This document shows positions 12,028 to 26,500 of a DNA stretch of 64,000 nucleotides, one piece after another. A program made the position numbers and the translations under genes. The notes under the pieces were generated by a model. That model was not told the DNA's origin and searched no databases. It saw only the letters and a program-made list of their open reading frames with translations. Within the stretch, counting starts at the first letter, position 1; every line of letters starts with the position of its first letter. Origin of the DNA: Octopus sinensis. Lineage: Eukaryota. The stretch covers positions 15,872,001-15,936,000 of the forward strand of contig NC_042999.1 of NCBI RefSeq assembly GCF_006345805.1, read 5' to 3'.

Positions 12028-15000
12028 TAATTATGGTAGAAAGGTGTAAATGGTACTAATCCAGAGTCTCTCAGGAGACCAAGGTGAGTAAGAAATATTT
12101 TTGTTAGTGATGTTACCATTGGTTGCCAGGGATAATTTTACCACCTTTACTTCCTGATTGATCAGCACACGGCTACAAGAAATGTATCTCTTTCACTTTT
12201 GTAGCAGTTAAGAATGCTGTCATGGAAGAATAGCAAAAAAAAAAGCAACTTCTTATCTGCCTCTTAAAACAAGAGTATCACTAGCGAAACATTAACTCAG
12301 CCGGAGACACTCAAAAACAATTATTTCTGTTTAATGGAAATAATCAATTCACATATATCAAGAAAAAAAAAATTGCACTACTTGCTGCTTGTATATATTC
12401 ACAAATACGTTCCTCACCCATTTTCTTATTGATCTATATAACTAGCACCATATATGATAGTCTTCCTCTACTAATATATTCCTTGTTTGGTGATCTTTAA
12501 TATATGTGTGTATATGTGCTTGTATGTATGTAGGTTATTATTCAGTTTTATTTCTCAATTTCTTGCCAATGGAGAATGAGCCAGTTTTTAACCAAGATCC
12601 AAGGCTCTTTTTTATATGCATAAATGTATATATGTATATATGTCTATGAGTTAATGTATTCTAGTGTTACAGTTTGTCAACAAAAGAGAAGAGAGTACTC
12701 AATACATGGATTCTGTTCCACACAACTACATTCTTCAGACAAGAACTGTTTTTATTTGATAATTGATTTGGTTATATATTCATTGAATCAAGTTCCTGTT
12801 TTCACTGGCTGATTTCTAATATTTAATTAAGGTACTGTCTATGGCTGTCATAATTTCATTTGACAATTAGTTAGTTGGTCTATGTTACAATTGGTCCGTG
12901 TTACTATTATTTATATCTGTATCATATTTTTTAATTCATTATCCCTGAACTTTTTCTCAAATTCTTCATTTGTGTATGGTTTCTCATTGGCCAATTCCAT
13001 CCATTCATGTTTTCCTAAGTTGTGTCATGAGTTGTTAGAGTTGTTTATTAGTTTATCACTTGTTCATTGTTGAATAGTTATCTTGTATCTACAAATGGAT
13101 TGTCATTCACAGCCTGTTTAGCTAAAGTTGGTCACCTGTATACTTCTATATTATGAAGGAAATTAAGGTGTGTTGGAAGAATCATTGATATATTCAACAA
13201 AATGCTTCATGGCATTTCTTACAACCCTTTTCAGTTCGCATTCAAATTTCACAGAGATCAATAAAAATAGATGAACAAAATAGAATATATAAATAAGGTG
13301 CCAGTCAAGTGTTGGGGTCAATGTAATCAACTTCATCCCTTAACCAAAAATCCCTGGCCTTGTACTAAAATTTGAAATCATTATTGTGGAGACAGAAATG
13401 TTGTTTTTGATATATAGGGCTTCACATTTCATACTTGATGTTTTGAAACTGTCATTCTTTTCTAGGTACTAATTTTTCTTGCTCAATTATTGTTAGCATT
13501 TTGCTCCCACTGCTATTGCTTCGTAAAATACTTACCCTAATTAAAGTAATGTTTTTGTTTGTTTTTTCATAATTTGTTTGGCATCTGCATCATGATATGT
13601 GCTGAGTAAATATATTTTTGTGCAATTATATAACATTTAAATTTTACAGCAGTGCACAGAATTCATATTCTGGAATCACTTATTAAACAAGCAACACTGT
13701 TTTCCATAAGTAGAAACACTACTTCATGTAAAGCACGATGCTATTGTTGTATAACCCCTTAAATCCGAAACATAGTTCAGGAGAGAAATTTCATTGCATT
13801 TTTTTTATAACATATCCCCAAACAAATGTATGCTTTGTGTATATCTGCAGTTTATATATTCCTTTCTGCAGGAGAAGGCCACAAATGACACCCGCTGAAC
13901 TTCTTGACAAGCGCTTTGTATTTTGTCATGAAATTTTCATAGAAAAATACAAATCATTTTTTTCACAAGATATCATCGTGTCAGCTAGACACAGCAAATT
14001 CTCCTGGGCTCTCTGCATCTAAAGTGTCATAACACAATACCACAATGTATTTGCTTCTTTAATTTACTGACCCCAGACAAAGTTAGCCTTGGCAGGATTT
14101 GAATTCAGAACATAAAGTTCTAGAACAAATAACAGAGGCACTTTGACTGATGTTCAAAAAATTTAGCAAATTCACCATCTTTTGTTTTATACATGACAAA
14201 TATCTGTGTGTATGTGTGTGCATGAATGCACACATGAAAAACTGTGCTTACATTCATCATTTCACATAAGTGGCTAGCATTAGAAAGGGCATCCATTTGT
14301 GAAAACCAAGCCAATAATGAAATTTACAAGTGAAACATGGTCTGTTGATCTGTCTAGGAAGACAGATATGGTTTGTTAAACTCATGCCAGCATGGAAAGC
14401 GACATAAAATGATGACAATTATGCTTTATATATATTCACACACACACAAACACACACACACACGCACACACAAATTCTTTTGATACTTTGCTTCAGCCAG
14501 TAGACTGTAGCTGTACTAGAATATAGCCACAGTCTAGTGTTTTTTTGATCAAATTGAACTCAGTACTAATTTTTATATCTGATACATATTCTATTGGTCA
14601 TTTTTGTCAAATTCCTAGGTTACAGAGATATAAAGAAACCAACACCAGTTGTCAAAACAAACACTCACAAAAATACACAAATGTATACATAGATACGCAC
14701 AGAAGCATACATAGACATATATGTACATGAACATATATGTATGTATATGACCAGGTTTCTGCATGGTGGGGTGAGCAACTGAACCAGCATCTACCAGTAA
14801 ACTTTTCAGCCACACTATGTGAGCGTATGTTTGTCAAAAGCTATTATTTTAATACAATTTTAAGAATACCAAAGGAATAGCAACTGACAAGGTGACTTAA
14901 TACTAAAAGCTATTGGTAGTATAAACCATCAAGTGAAACACAGTCCCAGTCAAAGCAGCATTTTATATATACACACTTGATATTTGCATATATGTACTTG

Positions 15001-16119
15001 TATCCATTTTCATGTGTGTTGTGTGTAATCAGTTAAATCTATTTGAAAGAAGTTTTCTCTTAATTTTAATTATCTATGTTAGTAGATGAAAAACAGTTAA
15101 TAACAAATTTAAATACAGCCGTATGTCTTATGTGTTCAGAAGATTTTAATTATTCAACAAAAATGTTTTCTTATCTCAGATGAATTTAAACTGGAAGCAA
15201 CCCATTTCCTTTTAACGAAAGATTACTTTTCATGTATAAAATAATGATAAAATCAAAACAAGACTGTTTATAAGTAGACATACTTTTAATTTTAAATTCT
15301 AAAGGTTTCTTTTATTTGAAATGATGGCTCATGAAGCATTATTGTTGTACAAATTTAGTAATGGATGACATTAAAAAAGGTTGTTATTTGGAGAAGGTTA
15401 TTTTAGATTGTGAAGTTAGGTTGACTGATGTGAAGATGCAAGAAAAATTATATTGGTATCATAGCCATAATAAAATTGGTAGTATGAATGAAAATTTAAT
15501 TTCAACAGATTAAAAGGCTTATATATCAATAATTTTCTTTTCATTTTGTAAATCTGCCTACTGTTCAATGGTCAAATGTTATCAAGATTATACTTAGCCT
15601 AGTTTTGAAGATGTAAAGATTCATTATCACTATTTTCTAAGAATTTGAATGTTCATTCTATTCAACAATGATAACTATAACAATGCTAACAAGAACAATA
15701 AATTAACTGTTTTGAATATGATGAGTAAATGTTCTAAAAAAAAGTCAATAATTTAAAGTTGGCTAATACTGCTTTTCTAACTTTTAATATCAAATTTTAT
15801 TAGCAATAATCAATTCATACATTTTTCAAACTATAACTTTCCACGATAAATTAAATCTGTATCAAATTATATAAGAGTTGATTACAGAACATATACACAA
15901 AATTGTAATAAGGAGAGTAATAGTAAAAAATGCTTTCTAATAAGTATAATTTTACCTAATGGAAATTAATTAAAGAAATGAAATTAAAATACCACATAAC
16001 ATAATAAAAATGAAGCATGAATGAGTCTATTCCAATTTTATGAACAAATAATACATTTACAAAATAAAAGTTCAATGTCAAAATAAGTTTCTTAAAGGTA
16101 CCAATATACACATATGTGG

Positions 16120-16153
<34 letters not shown>

Positions 16154-16158
<5 letters not shown>

Positions 16159-16845
16159 TATTTGGAAATGGATGTGTGGCGTTCATTTCCACGTATCCAT
16201 TTCCATGTAAGTTGATCTTAATCTTTTTGATGTGACTCTACTCTATACTGTTTTCTCCCCCTATCGTTTCCTCTCTCATCCTTTCTCTAGCTCCCTTTTT
16301 TTCTTCCCTTCACCATTTCCATCTCTCTCTCTTTCTTCCCTACTTTTTCCTTTACTCTCTCTCATTGCTCACACATGACCATCGTCCATCTTTCTTTTAC
16401 TCACATGATCATCCTTCTTTTCTTTCCGGGCTGTCCTAAAAACTGTACATATCCTATCTCTCTCCTCTATCTTTTCTCTTATCAAAGAAAATATTTCTCC
16501 AGTGTTCACTATTTTACCCTTGTTCGGGTCTAATGAGCCTCCATGTTTGTTTTCATTCAGTTTCTTTGTATGTCTTCACTGTCCTGTTTTTGTTCCCAGC
16601 TTTGACTTACCATAAATCCCAAATTTTATCTTGGTACTTATGGGAGCAACTATCTTCAAAGACTCATATTGCCATTCAATGCTTGAAATGTAGATAGACA
16701 GCCAACAACCTGATGAAGTGTCGTTTTTTATGTTACTTGCCCCATTTTCCATTTGTTTCTCTCATTGTTTATTTATTGAACACATTTGTTTTCATATTTC
16801 ATGTTGTTTACAGTTGGTGACGTCCTGTACCTATATATGATTATG
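16154..16845. mobile_element. (TA)n-flanked pyrimidine-rich repeat, possibly Penelope-derived
   Basis: Bounded by (TA)n at 16124-16153 and 16846-16868. Contains ACCTGATGAAG (16709-16719), a motif common at Penelope termini. Confidence 0.35.
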
Positions 16846-16869
16846 TATATATATATATATATATATATG

Positions 16870-18122
16870 TTGGGTCATCCCATAAGTAATGCAGTTTTTT
16901 CAATTGCATGAACTAAAAGTTGGAGTGGGATGGGATAAACTACCTGCATCAACTTGCTATAAGAGCAGGTAGTAATTTTACCTTGTCCTTATTCTTAGTG
17001 CAAGTTTTGAAGAGTGCAGTTCAATTTTAATAGTTATTTTTTCAAAGTTATAATGGAAGTGGCAAAGGAGTATATTCAATATATTTTGCTTTATGAGTTC
17101 AATAAAGGCAACAATGCAATAGAAAATGCACGGAATATTAATGCAGTATATGGGGATCAGACAATAAGTGTAAGCTAGTGTCAACGGTGGTTTCAGAAAT
17201 TCTAAGCCAGAAACAACAGCCTAGAAGATAAGCCTCATCCTGGAAGACCTGTAGAGCTTGGTGAGGATATCCAGTGAACCCTGGTGGAATAAAATCTCAT
17301 AGTAACTAAGCAGAGAAGCTTAGATTGGTCATTCAACCATTCAGTGACACCTACATGCTATCAGAAGAGTAAGGAAATCGGGTCCATAGGTTCCTCACAA
17401 ACTTTCCGAATCTAATCGTGCATAGAGAGTGAAATTGTGCTCTTTTTTGCAGTCATGTCTCATGAATGAACCTTTTTGGGTCTGAATAGTGACTGGTGTA
17501 GAGAAATGGGGTCTCTGCAAAAATGTCAAGCACCGAATACAGTGGGTAGGGAAAGGAGAAACACTGGTATCCAAGGCTAAAGAAAGTCTTCACCCACGTA
17601 AGGTGCTGTTATTTGTTTTGTGAGATATGAAAGGTTTAGTTCACTTTGAACTTTTATTCCCAAACCAAATGATAACAAAGGAGATCTACTGCAAGCAGCT
17701 TGAGCAGCTTAAGTTAGTACTGGAAAAACAAACCGACCATCTTTGGTCCATCAGGATAATGCTTGGCTTCATACAGCGAGGATGACATTTCAAAGGCTGG
17801 AGCAGTTTGAATGGGAAATGATGCCCCACCCACCATATTCGCTGGACATTGCCTCATCTCATTATCATTTATTCCTCATTCTTCAAAATCATTTGGATGG
17901 AAAAAATATGAATTTTATAGACAAGGTCAGAACAGTACTGGAGGTGTATTTTTTTTTATCACAGACAAGCGAATTTTGAATGAGAGGCCTTGCAAGTCTA
18001 CCAGATAGATAGAAGAACATTGTAGAAAATGAAGGAGAGTATATTTTAGAATAAAAAAGAACTTTATCTTAATTTTAGAAAATAAAAGAAGTATAAAAAA
18101 CACTATTAATGAGATGACCCAA
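16870..18122 (+). mobile_element. Full-length, inactive mariner (DD34D-type) transposon inserted in a (TA)n tract
   Basis: TIRs TTGGGTCATCCCATAAGTAATGCAGTTTTT / AAAAAACACTATTAATGAGATGACCCAA, flanked by TA on both sides. Confidence 0.93.
17053..18054 (+). pseudogene. Mariner transposase pseudogene
   Basis: Translates MEVAKEYIQYILLYEFNKG...CQRWFQKF...LEDKPHPGRP, VPHKL, IVTGVEKW, LHPRKVLL, HQDNAWLHTA, HPPYSLDIASSHYHLF, ...ENEGEYILE*, with many stops and frameshifts. Confidence 0.92.
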
Positions 18123-18520
18123 TATATATACATACATATATATATATATATATATATCTTGTCGATATTATAATAATTAGTCTTGATTATAAAAGATATC
18201 TTAGAACTTACAATACATTTAGTGTATCAAATATGTAAACACCAAGCAGTGAAAATATTGCTACATTCATTAGGATATTTAAATTTCTTAAATCTGGTTG
18301 AGGTAGCCTTTTATAGTGCATTCCACTAAAATCGACAAAGTATGTAAAATATACTTCTATGAAACTGATTAAAATAACCCTACTGATAAAAATAGTAAGA
18401 ACATCTTGCAATCCAATGTTGTACTGAATATATTCAAAAACTATTTAAAAATGTGATTTGAGAAGTGGTGATGAGTGACAATTCTGTAAATAATAATAAT
18501 ATTTTATAAGCTTAAGGCTT

Positions 18521-18724
18521 GTGTATTGACTAAAGAAGATAGTGTAATATTGGAGCATATAAGCATGCATGGAAAACCCACTTTTTTTCCATTGAGGGCT
18601 CATATTCCCCAATATTACACTATCTTCCTTAGTCAATACACAGTAGGTGCTTCACAGAAAACCCACTTTTTTTTCTGTCAAGGGCTTATATGCCCCTATA
18701 TTAGACTATTTTCTTTAGTCAATA
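18521..18724. repeat. 44-bp inverted repeat (18521-18564 / 18598-18641) with a diverged tandem copy of the loop and right arm (18657-18724)
   Basis: Arms match at 40 of 44 positions. This explains the two similar opposite-strand ORFs starting MTKEDSVIL. Confidence 0.9.
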
Positions 18725-19038
18725 ATATTGCTTATATTACACTATTTTAAAATGTTTTAAGCTGCCATTTTATTAATGTTTATGCACCAATGGTTTGAAA
18801 AATTAGTACATCATATGTCAACAAGATTTATTGGATGTAGTTTAGTTGTTTGTATATAAAATTTCCTAAGTGTACTTATCACAATGTAGTATAAAATACT
18901 GAATGCAATTTTATAAATTAAAAGTATCTAAATTTTGTTATTGAAAATATTTCAAAAGAATCAAGTTGATTACTGAAGATTTAAACTAAAATATCTACAA
19001 TAACATACAAGAAAAATTTACCCATACATACAATTATA

Positions 19039-19392
19039 CAGGGGTTGGACAAAATAATGGAAACACCTTAAAATTTCAGGCAAATTTATCTTAATATGGG
19101 GTAGGACTGCCTTTGGCAGTAATTACAGCTTGAATTCTATGAGGTATAGACTCATACAAAGTTTGAATTGTTTCCTAAGGAATTTTTGTTCATTCTTCAG
19201 CTAAGACAGTCTCCAGTTCTTGTAGAGATGATGGTGGAAGATATCAACTCCTTACTTGTTTTTCTAAAATGCACCATAAATGTTCAATAATATTGAGATC
19301 TGGGGACTGTGGTGGCCAGATAAGATGTGCAACTTCACTAGACTGTTCCTCGTGCCATTCAGTAACAACTTTAGCTGTGTGAATTGGTGATA
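19039..19392 (-). mobile_element. Tc1-family transposon 3' end (transposase C-terminus plus one TIR)
   Basis: Minus strand PIHTAKVVTEW...WPPQSPDLNIIEHLW...LQELETVL...SIPHRIQAVITAKG. The terminus TA|CAGGGGTTGGACAAAATAATGGAAACACC is a typical Tc1 TIR. Confidence 0.88.
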
Positions 19393-21599
19393 ATGACAGG
19401 CAAAACAGTAAAATACTAAAGATAACAAAAAATATTTTCATGAGTACACATTTTCTCTTTATTTTCACTATATATTTTCCCAGTGGTTATTCTTTGTTTA
19501 TGGGGGAAATATTTTTTAATTAGATAAATTATATGTTAATATTGAAAATGAGTGCAAAGTTATGCAAATTTGTATTTAAGGTATCTAATTTAAAGTTTTC
19601 AAATCTGTAGCAGAAAGATGTTTGTTTCTGTTTTAGATGGTTTAGAAAAGTAATGCAACACATTCATAAATGCAACTAGAATCATTCAATCTGCCTATGA
19701 ATAAAGTATGAATAAATGAAATGCTAAACATTGTTAAATAAAAAGCTGCAGCAAACATTAAAAATACCAACATTATGATGAAAGATTTTAAACTGAGTTT
19801 TAACCTTGGTTAAAACAATTTTATCTGAAGCTAACTTTTAAATAAAGAATTTTGATTTAAATAAAATAAGTTTGTAGGTAAATATTGATTTTTATATATT
19901 GACATTCAGTGAACCATTGACAGAAGAGGAAAAGAAAAAGATATAATTTGTTTCCAGGTAAAAGATTAAGCAGAAGCAGAGCATTGATCTAAAGCAGAAT
20001 ATTTATTGTCTTTTGCAAAAACTTATCTTGAAAAGAAAAATTATATTGAAGCAAGTATTGATTTCTTGGAGCTATATGCACTTAAAGGTATATTGACATG
20101 TGTTGATAAATTAATCAGTAGTAGATGGATGATAAATTCTACATTCACACACACACACAATTTTCAAGTAGGAAATTTTTATTAAAAGAAAAAGGCGTGT
20201 ATCAATTTATATAAGAGTGAATAAAGGATCTATTTAATCTGTTTGCAATTTTAAAGTTAGAACGTATTCAATTATTTCAAGTTTTGTTACAATAAAATTT
20301 ATCATCTTGAAGTACTTCATGTTTTCATTATAAATCTGAATTGTTAATGTTTTTATATATATTTTTAGTAAAAACATTTATATTTTATAATCTGGGTTTA
20401 AAAAAATCTATATATTGTTCAATAATACACTTGAGATGCCCACTTCATAACACTGATCTCTCAGTGTTAATGATGCATCATCTTGACAGCATAATGACCA
20501 AATTTATTTGAATGTTTGTTATAAAATGCTGTATTTCATTAAATGAATGTTTTTTAAATTGAAATAAAATCATTGAAACCTCCTTTACAAAAAATATTTG
20601 ATATTTGAAACTACTTTTGCCATTATATATATATATTTTCCATGAGCTAATTTATAAGAGCAATTAGCTTCTTTCACAGTGGGTTGCTTGCTTATCAATA
20701 ATTACTTAATCAGGAAAAAAAGAGTGAAACATGTAATTGTCTGGTTGAATAGTCTTGTAAACAAAGGCATGTCAACAGTGATCCTTCCATATTTTCTTCA
20801 GACAGTATATGTAGAACTACATTATGTTATGACCTTGCTCCTTTTAAAGAAGATGGGAAGATTATGGGAAGATTCTGCTGTTGTTTCCACTAGGTTGAGT
20901 AACTGCATAGAAACTCCCTTGCTTCATTACTCACACACATGCAAACAAATAAAAGTGTCTTGAAGATGGTGATCCATACCTACTCAACGGTGAAGCCAGA
21001 GGAAACTCTAGTAAAAATCCAAAACACCTGATGTACAAATCAACATTAGAACTAAATGCAGGGTTAAAAAACCTATTAAGCTGCCTACTAGCTAGTTCCT
21101 TCCCATGTTGCATTCAAGACAGTTGATGCCAGTAAAGTCACATATCTTTCCAAAAGTAAGCAAATGGAGACAGGTAAAGCCATGTGCAAAATATAGAATG
21201 ATATTAAGAAAGATCAAACTCATTAATACAGTATCAATAGTATAGTACCATAACACTGTGGCTATTGCATCTCTTAAATATTTCATCTTAATTAGTGCTG
21301 TAAGATTATGTTTTCTATTTTACAGGTCTGATATTGTGCCCTGATCAATGAATACTTAAACTTTGAAATTTAATTCCTGAATCTAAAAAAAAATTTTTTT
21401 ACAAAATCATGTGTTATTTTCCAATAAACACATGCTTCTTCTCTCTTCCTCTCTCTAACACTTTACCACATTATGTGGAAATATTTGGATTTTCCTTAAA
21501 GCATAATGCTTCAAATCAAAAGATAGCAGACAGCACTAGCAAATGCAGCAAATAACACCTAAAGAAGAATGGCATGGTGCCATAAAAATAACTAGCAAG

Positions 21600-22320
21600 A
21601 AAAGAAAAAAAGTAAAACGAAAAATTACTTAGGTTACAGGTCTATTTTGCATGAAGTATGTACCTAGCAACAGAAAATGTATATCGATGTATACCATCTG
21701 ATTATTAAAACAATATGCCTTCCCTACTATTTCAGTTGCAATTTATCTGCAAAATCAGATTTATGGCTTTACTATAGGTAATAACTTTTATCCTATGCTC
21801 TAACAATAACATTGACTCGTTATGTATCTTGGAAAATAGTGGTTTGCTAATGGAGCTTGCTTAAACTAAAATTTCTGTATATTCTCTTGTCACTCTAAAA
21901 TCTGCAGCAATAGACTGTGCTTTGTTTAGGAGGCCCAATAAGACCAAAACCTGTATGCATGTGTCAGTATACAGTCAAAAACCAGATTAATTCTCTACTG
22001 CATTCTATATTTAATTACTTTTAATTAATTAAAATTTGTCAACTATGTCTTTTGTAATAAGTGTGATGTCACCAGCAAAGACTAGGTTTTTAAGTTTTTA
22101 GTTCATGCTTCTAGGTATTGCCCACACTCACAAAGTCAATTGATCTCCTCATGATAAAGTTTAACCAGAAAAGAAACAATAGTGGAGGTAGAATGCAATT
22201 TTGTCAGACCCAAGTAATAACACTTAAAATGTTAGATGTGCAAGAATTGAGTCTCCACATAGCAGCTCAAATTCAGGTGGGTGTTTCTGAAAGATACTGA
22301 AATAAGTGTGAGGAATGCCA
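21600..22320 (-). mobile_element. Heavily decayed RTE reverse transcriptase fragment
   Basis: Minus strand GV*QNCILPPLLFLFWLNFIMR (cf. GVRQGCILSPLLF), then NLVFAGDITLI (cf. LDFADDIALL), in RT order. Confidence 0.6.
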
Positions 22321-23286
22321 TATGAGATGCAAGATGCACCACAGTTACTCAGAAAATTAACACTAGAATTATAAAACAATTTATTTAAGTTATAAAAATT
22401 TTCTGGAGAAGAGGAAGGAACAAAATAAAAGGAAAAACATTATAATCTTGAAAACTTGTTTATTTAAAAATTTGTTTATTCAATAAATCATAATCACCAA
22501 TAATTGTAACCTTAAAGACCTATGAATAAAATGGAGTTGCAGAGTAGTGCTTTGCCTAAAACTTCACCAAACTATATTAGTGTTAGATGTTGCACTAAAG
22601 TTTAGTGACCCCCTACTCAGAATAATATCTATTTTTTTAATTAAAATTTTGCGGAAATATGTTTTCAAAAGATGTACATTATCAATATGTTAATGAACTT
22701 TTTTCAAAATTTTTTTTTGACTCTGAAAGGAGAGAAATTTATATCTTTTAACCATTCAATAACTTGCCTGTGGTCATTGCACAAGCTTAATGATATGAGA
22801 TAAGAGGAACTGGGGTATGCTCCAGGGTTATCATCCAGAAGTCTTTTAGATCTTGTTGTAGACTAGATATAAACTCAAATTATTTTATATTTCCAATTTC
22901 ATGTTTATGACGAATAAGATCAATCAAGATTTTATCAAAGACTTTTTTTTTATGCTGTGCAACAATGATGAGTAAGCTATTGAATGGTTAAACTGTATGG
23001 ACTTTTATCTTTGTCAATAAAAAACAAAATTAATTTTGCTTCAAATTCATTGACATAAGCATAATGTGCATTTTAAAAATGTTTCTTCAAAACTTCAGTA
23101 AAAGAATGTATTATTAAGGAAGTCATACGAAACAAAGACCTTGATGTATGTGTGTGGCTGGGGATGTGTGACAAAAACAGTAGTTAAGCAAAAGTGTGTG
23201 TACACACATGAGTGCATCTATATGTGAGTACATATGTGTATGCCTTTTATCATTATCATTTAATATCTGGTATATATTTGTTTAAC

Positions 23287-23580
23287 CATCTGAACATAGC
23301 TGTTGCCAGCGCCGCGCCAACTGGCTTCCGTGCCGGTGGCACGTAAAAAGCACCATCCAATCGTGGCCGTTTGCCAGCCTCATTTGGCACCTGTGCCGGT
23401 GGCACATAAAAAGCACACACTACATTCATGGAGTGGTTGGCATTAGGAAGGGCATCCAGCCATAGAAACATTGCCAAATCAGACTGGGCCTGGTGCAGCC
23501 TTCTGGCTTCCCAGACCCCAGTTGAACCATCCAACCCATGCCAGCATGGAAAGCGGACGCTAAATGATGATGATGATGAT
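23287..23580 (+). mobile_element. Truncated RTE LINE 3' UTR copy
   Basis: Same motifs and (GAT)n tail as the 37642 element. Confidence 0.9.
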
Positions 23581-26500
23581 GTAAAGCAACTACTTCATAC
23601 TTCTTGCCAAAGGTGCAGCCCTCTAATTCCCTTCCTACCTATATTTCCTGCATGCAACATCATCTGCATTGGTTTCATTAAATATAGAAGAACTAATAAA
23701 AGGTGAACTGCTTTTCCTCCACTAACAGACTAATACAAACCAATAACTTACACAAACAAGTATTTTTTATTAAAATAGGATAGTCAAAGTAAAAATAACT
23801 TTTGGAAATGATTAAAGTATTAGAAAGAAAGTAGACAGTAATTTAATTTCCTTTCTTGTGAATTCATATAATGTGAAAATGCTGTTTGCATGTTTACATT
23901 GATACATAACGTAAAATTTATGTTTGGTATGTCAATAAGGGGTATCATATTAATGCTATAACAAAATGAAGAAACAAAATATCCTTGAAAACTGGGAAGG
24001 TTACAAATCACTTTTCTATGATAAAATTATGGTATATGCTTTATGTTATGAATTAACTCATTATCTCTTTGAAGCTTTTAATATATATGATTAAGAGAGT
24101 TAACTAGAGATTTGTTTCACAAACACTAACTGTTTCATTTAGTTAACCAAACAAAGGAGGAAGAAGTTAAATCAAGATCAAATAATATAAAGTTTGTGTA
24201 TCTGAGAATATGCCAAATATGTTTTAAGATCACTGCATTTTAGCAAGAAATTTTGTAAGCAATGAGTTTTCAGTTTCAGAAATAAAACTAAAATTCTCAG
24301 AGTTGATAAACTAAAGATCTGTAAATCAATCAGAGATAAATCTTAAAAAGTTTTATCATGAGAAAATTTAATAAACAAGTATCAAAATATTTTATACTGA
24401 TTTGTGGTGTAAAGTGCCTATAAAATAACATGAGAAGATCAAGGAAGACATGGTACAGAAATGATAAAAGTTGATTTCAAGATGTTGAACTTTACAAAAG
24501 AGTTGACAAAAAAACATAACAAACAGCAAGGCGCCATATTCAAAAAGTGTTGCCCAACCCCATGATGAAGATGATGATGATGATGATGGTAATGGTGGTG
24601 ATGATTTATTTAAAAAATCTTTATAAGAAAGTTCTATATATCAAAATCTCCAATTGGTAATTCTTTCATTTCTGTTTGCTTACACAATATTCTGATAACA
24701 AAATATTATTCTGATAACAATGTTATGATAACACAGTTATAGATTCAAATTCTGCCAAAGACATATTCTGTTGCAAACCAAAACCAAATTATAAGTTTCC
24801 CCAGTGTAATGGTAAAACATAAAGTGAGGTATTAAAAAGTAATACACCATTTACAAACACTATCCAAATTCAACTTGCAGTTTTGTAAATCATTTAAGAC
24901 TGTAATAGTTTACATATCTCTAAAGATATAGTTTCTTAATATCATTGATTTCAAAATGAAAATAGTATTTGCAAAGAGTACAAAACTATACGATAAGATA
25001 TTAAAACTGAAAACATAGTTACAAAACATGAAAAGTTTGGAGAAACTATTTTATTTCTCATAAAAATCATTTACATTTAGTAATCAGATTAAATGTGACT
25101 ACTAGTTTGAAGGATGACTAATCTAATAGCAATGCATGTATGTAATTCATGTTTCAATGTTTCATATAAATTTTCTCTTTCAACTCAGCAACTAAAGTTC
25201 CCTGATTTATGTGTAATGAAATTGATTATCATTCATGCTAAGCATTAAACTTCTATTCAATTCAGTCGTTTTAATTAGTTACACACACACACACACACAC
25301 ACACAGAGGCACACACACATATATGTGTATGAGAGAGAGACTAAGAAATGAGACTGAAGTCAAAACTGTGGTTTCAAGTTCAGTCTCACTTCATAGCACC
25401 TAGAGCAAGTATCTTCTTCAACAGCCCAGGGCAACCAAACCCTTGTGAATGAATTTAATAGATAGAAACTGAAAGAAACACATCACAGACATGCACGTGT
25501 ATATGCACTGGTATGTGCTGGTGAGAACGTTTTGTTTTCATGCCTTGATATCATGTTATAGCTGTGAACAAGTATCATTGTTATACATATGGTGCCCTTA
25601 ATTTCCAATCATCTATGAAAACATGTACAAGCATGGAGAAGTATTAACTTGCTCAGAAACAGCTGAGGAACAGCAACAGGAAGAACATGGAAAAAAAAGA
25701 AGACAAAACAACGATAATTGTGTTTGTGTGTCTGTTATGTCTGTGCTGTCTAACTTATGATAAAGTTAAATGGCAAGTTCAACAGATATATTTTCTTAAC
25801 TACTCATTTCAAGTGAAATAGTGAAAACCAAATGTACTCAAGTTAGTTTCTTGTTTTCTGAGCAGCTTATAACAAAATGTCAAATCCATTTATTTGAAAA
25901 ACATATGACTGTTATACACAGGATATTTCTGTTTGATTCATTTTGCCAATATTTCCAATAATTCTAATATAAGTCGTGAGAGTGAGCACATATACAATTG
26001 ATTTTTTCACTATTATTCTACTTATTCTCCTATAGCTTAAGCCATCTCTAAGAAGGTTTTAGTTTGACTCCTTTGTAGATTTTTCAACGACCTTCAACAA
26101 TTTTAATTTTATATATAATCTTCTATGAATCAACACACTTTTAGCAGTAACTGGAAGAAAATTTACAGAATATACTTCCATACAAAGTGAAAATAATTTG
26201 ATAATTCTGCTACACCTGCATAATATAGATACACAAAAAAAATAACATTGCAAATTGTCAGGGTTTTGTCTTAAAAATAAAAATCAATCCTGTATTGTTA
26301 TTTATTTCCTTTGTTCTTTTTTTGTTTTATTTTAGAAAAATGCAGAAAGAAAAACATCATTAAAAACGTCAACCTTCAGAGCATATTTTCTTCAATCAGC
26401 TTTGGGCAGGTTCCATGAACACTATTAGAGATTAAGTTCACTGATTCTCTTGGGTAGAATTCTTTAAAAGAGGAAATTAATGTGTAACATTTTTTTTACT

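Noticed and set aside
22114-22276. Plus-strand 162-nt open exon-like segment with AG/GT ends (VLPTLTKSIDLL…)
   Set aside because: The opposite strand is a decayed RTE reverse transcriptase (GVRQG- and FADD-like motifs), which explains the open frame.
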